A stretch of 63,771 bases of DNA, counting the filler, from Octopus bimaculoides (lineage: Eukaryota): assembly GCF_001194135.2 (NCBI RefSeq). It is 8 parts of 8 records of this genome, joined end to end, with 100 filler letters (N's around TTAATTAATTAA, not from the genome) between each part and the next. Parts side by side here need not be neighbours in the genome. Positions count along the whole stretch, not along the records: positions 61,244 to 63,771 come from NC_068987.1; 7 more parts are not named here. The stretch is one strand, 5' to 3'. The notes beneath the pieces are model-generated. The model did not search any database. It had not been told where the DNA came from and saw only the letters and a list, made by a program, of their open reading frames with translations. Shown here in pieces: positions 62,736 to 63,771 of the stretch. Made by a program: the position numbers and the translations under genes. The first letter of the stretch is position 1. Each line of letters opens with the position of its first letter.

Positions 62736-62963
62736 CCTTAAGAAAAGCGTAAAGTGGGAACAAATGAAATAAATTAATGAAATATGGTTGACGAAAACAT
62801 ATATATTAAACAAACGAATGTAACTGTAATAAATAAATAAATTAATAAAAAAATACATTATTAAGTAAATAAATTTTAAAAAATACTAGTCACAATGCTT
62901 CGGAAGAAATAATGCCAAAAACAAAAAACAACACAAATAATAATAGTAATGATGATGATGATG

Positions 62964-63041
<78 letters not shown>

Positions 63042-63115
63042 CCACCAACAACAACAACAATAAGAAGAAGAAGAAGAAGAAGAAGAAATATCTATCATTA
63101 TTATTGCTATTATTA

Positions 63116-63183
<68 letters not shown>

Positions 63184-63231
63184 ACAACTAACACAGCAAC
63201 AATGATAATAAAAACAATAAAAAATAAGAGC

Positions 63232-63293
<62 letters not shown>

Positions 63294-63310
63294 TAGCAAT
63301 AACATTAATG
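61240..63310. repeat. 2-kb compound microsatellite field (TA, GATA, TAG, CAC, TAT, CAT, CT, AAT, AAC, GAA) with an about 120-bp local duplication
   Basis: tcgtcgtcatcttcaccaccaccgtcaacatct.tgttactatcacataaca.cacttctacaactact occurs at about 61914 and 62161. Confidence 0.9.
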
Positions 63311-63724
63311 TTGTGATGAAGATGAAGGAGTCGTGAGTTATTGATGGAAGAAAGGGGAGGAACAGTGGGGGTTAATTAGCATGTTTCATCTGCTCAAGTC
63401 ATATTTTTTCCTCATTACTCAAACACACACTCACTCACAGCCAGTCAACCACCTAAATACACACATGGTTAATAGATACTCATGTCGTTCTCGATACGTG
63501 AAAAAAATGGTATTTTCCAATGAAAGTTACTCATTAAAAAAATTAAAATTTAATTAGCGCTATGGCAACAAGGTTTATGTGATGAAAATAGAACGAAATT
63601 AAAGAATCTCGAAGATCTAAGTCAAAATAAATACATATATATTGAGGTGACTTGAGAATTAATCTGGAATATCTTAAGATTCGGCTGATCGGGGTACATA
63701 TCCTTGTATATGTGTGCATGTGCG

Positions 63725-63771
<47 letters not shown>

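Noticed and set aside
1-63771. CRISPR arrays, rRNA genes or prokaryotic systems
   Set aside because: No regularly spaced repeat-spacer structure, no rRNA-like sequence and no operon-like coding density; the window is intron-rich animal DNA.

Overview
Eukaryotic, AT-rich, gap-riddled draft-assembly DNA. The repeat content and microsatellite density suggest an octopus genome (inference). The only host gene I can support is on the minus strand: a RASEF/Rab45-like EF-hand Rab. Its EF-hand exon is 45109-44710 and a phase-matched 150-nt coiled-coil exon is 21996-21847; two candidate in-frame upstream microexons lie at 45597-45591 (7 nt) and 58655-58638 (18 nt). The rest is intron or upstream DNA packed with repeats: (i) many tRNA-derived SINEs of three families, one a composite carrying an internal microsatellite; (ii) at least seven fragments of REL-endonuclease R4/Dong-type LINEs, nearly all abutting (TAA)n tracts; (iii) a decayed mariner, a Helitron helicase remnant and several MITEs. 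Highlights: (a) a 609-bp foldback element with perfect 37-bp TIRs, an exact 8-bp TSD and a central (CCCTAA)n-(TTAGGG)n palindrome, inserted into the Helitron helicase frame; (b) minimal type I hammerhead ribozymes of at least three unrelated families, two with intact cores and on the same strand as the RASEF pre-mRNA; (c) the candidate microexon chain. Nearly all long ORFs in the supplied track are artefacts of N gaps or microsatellites. SINE and LINE boundaries were read by eye and are approximate.
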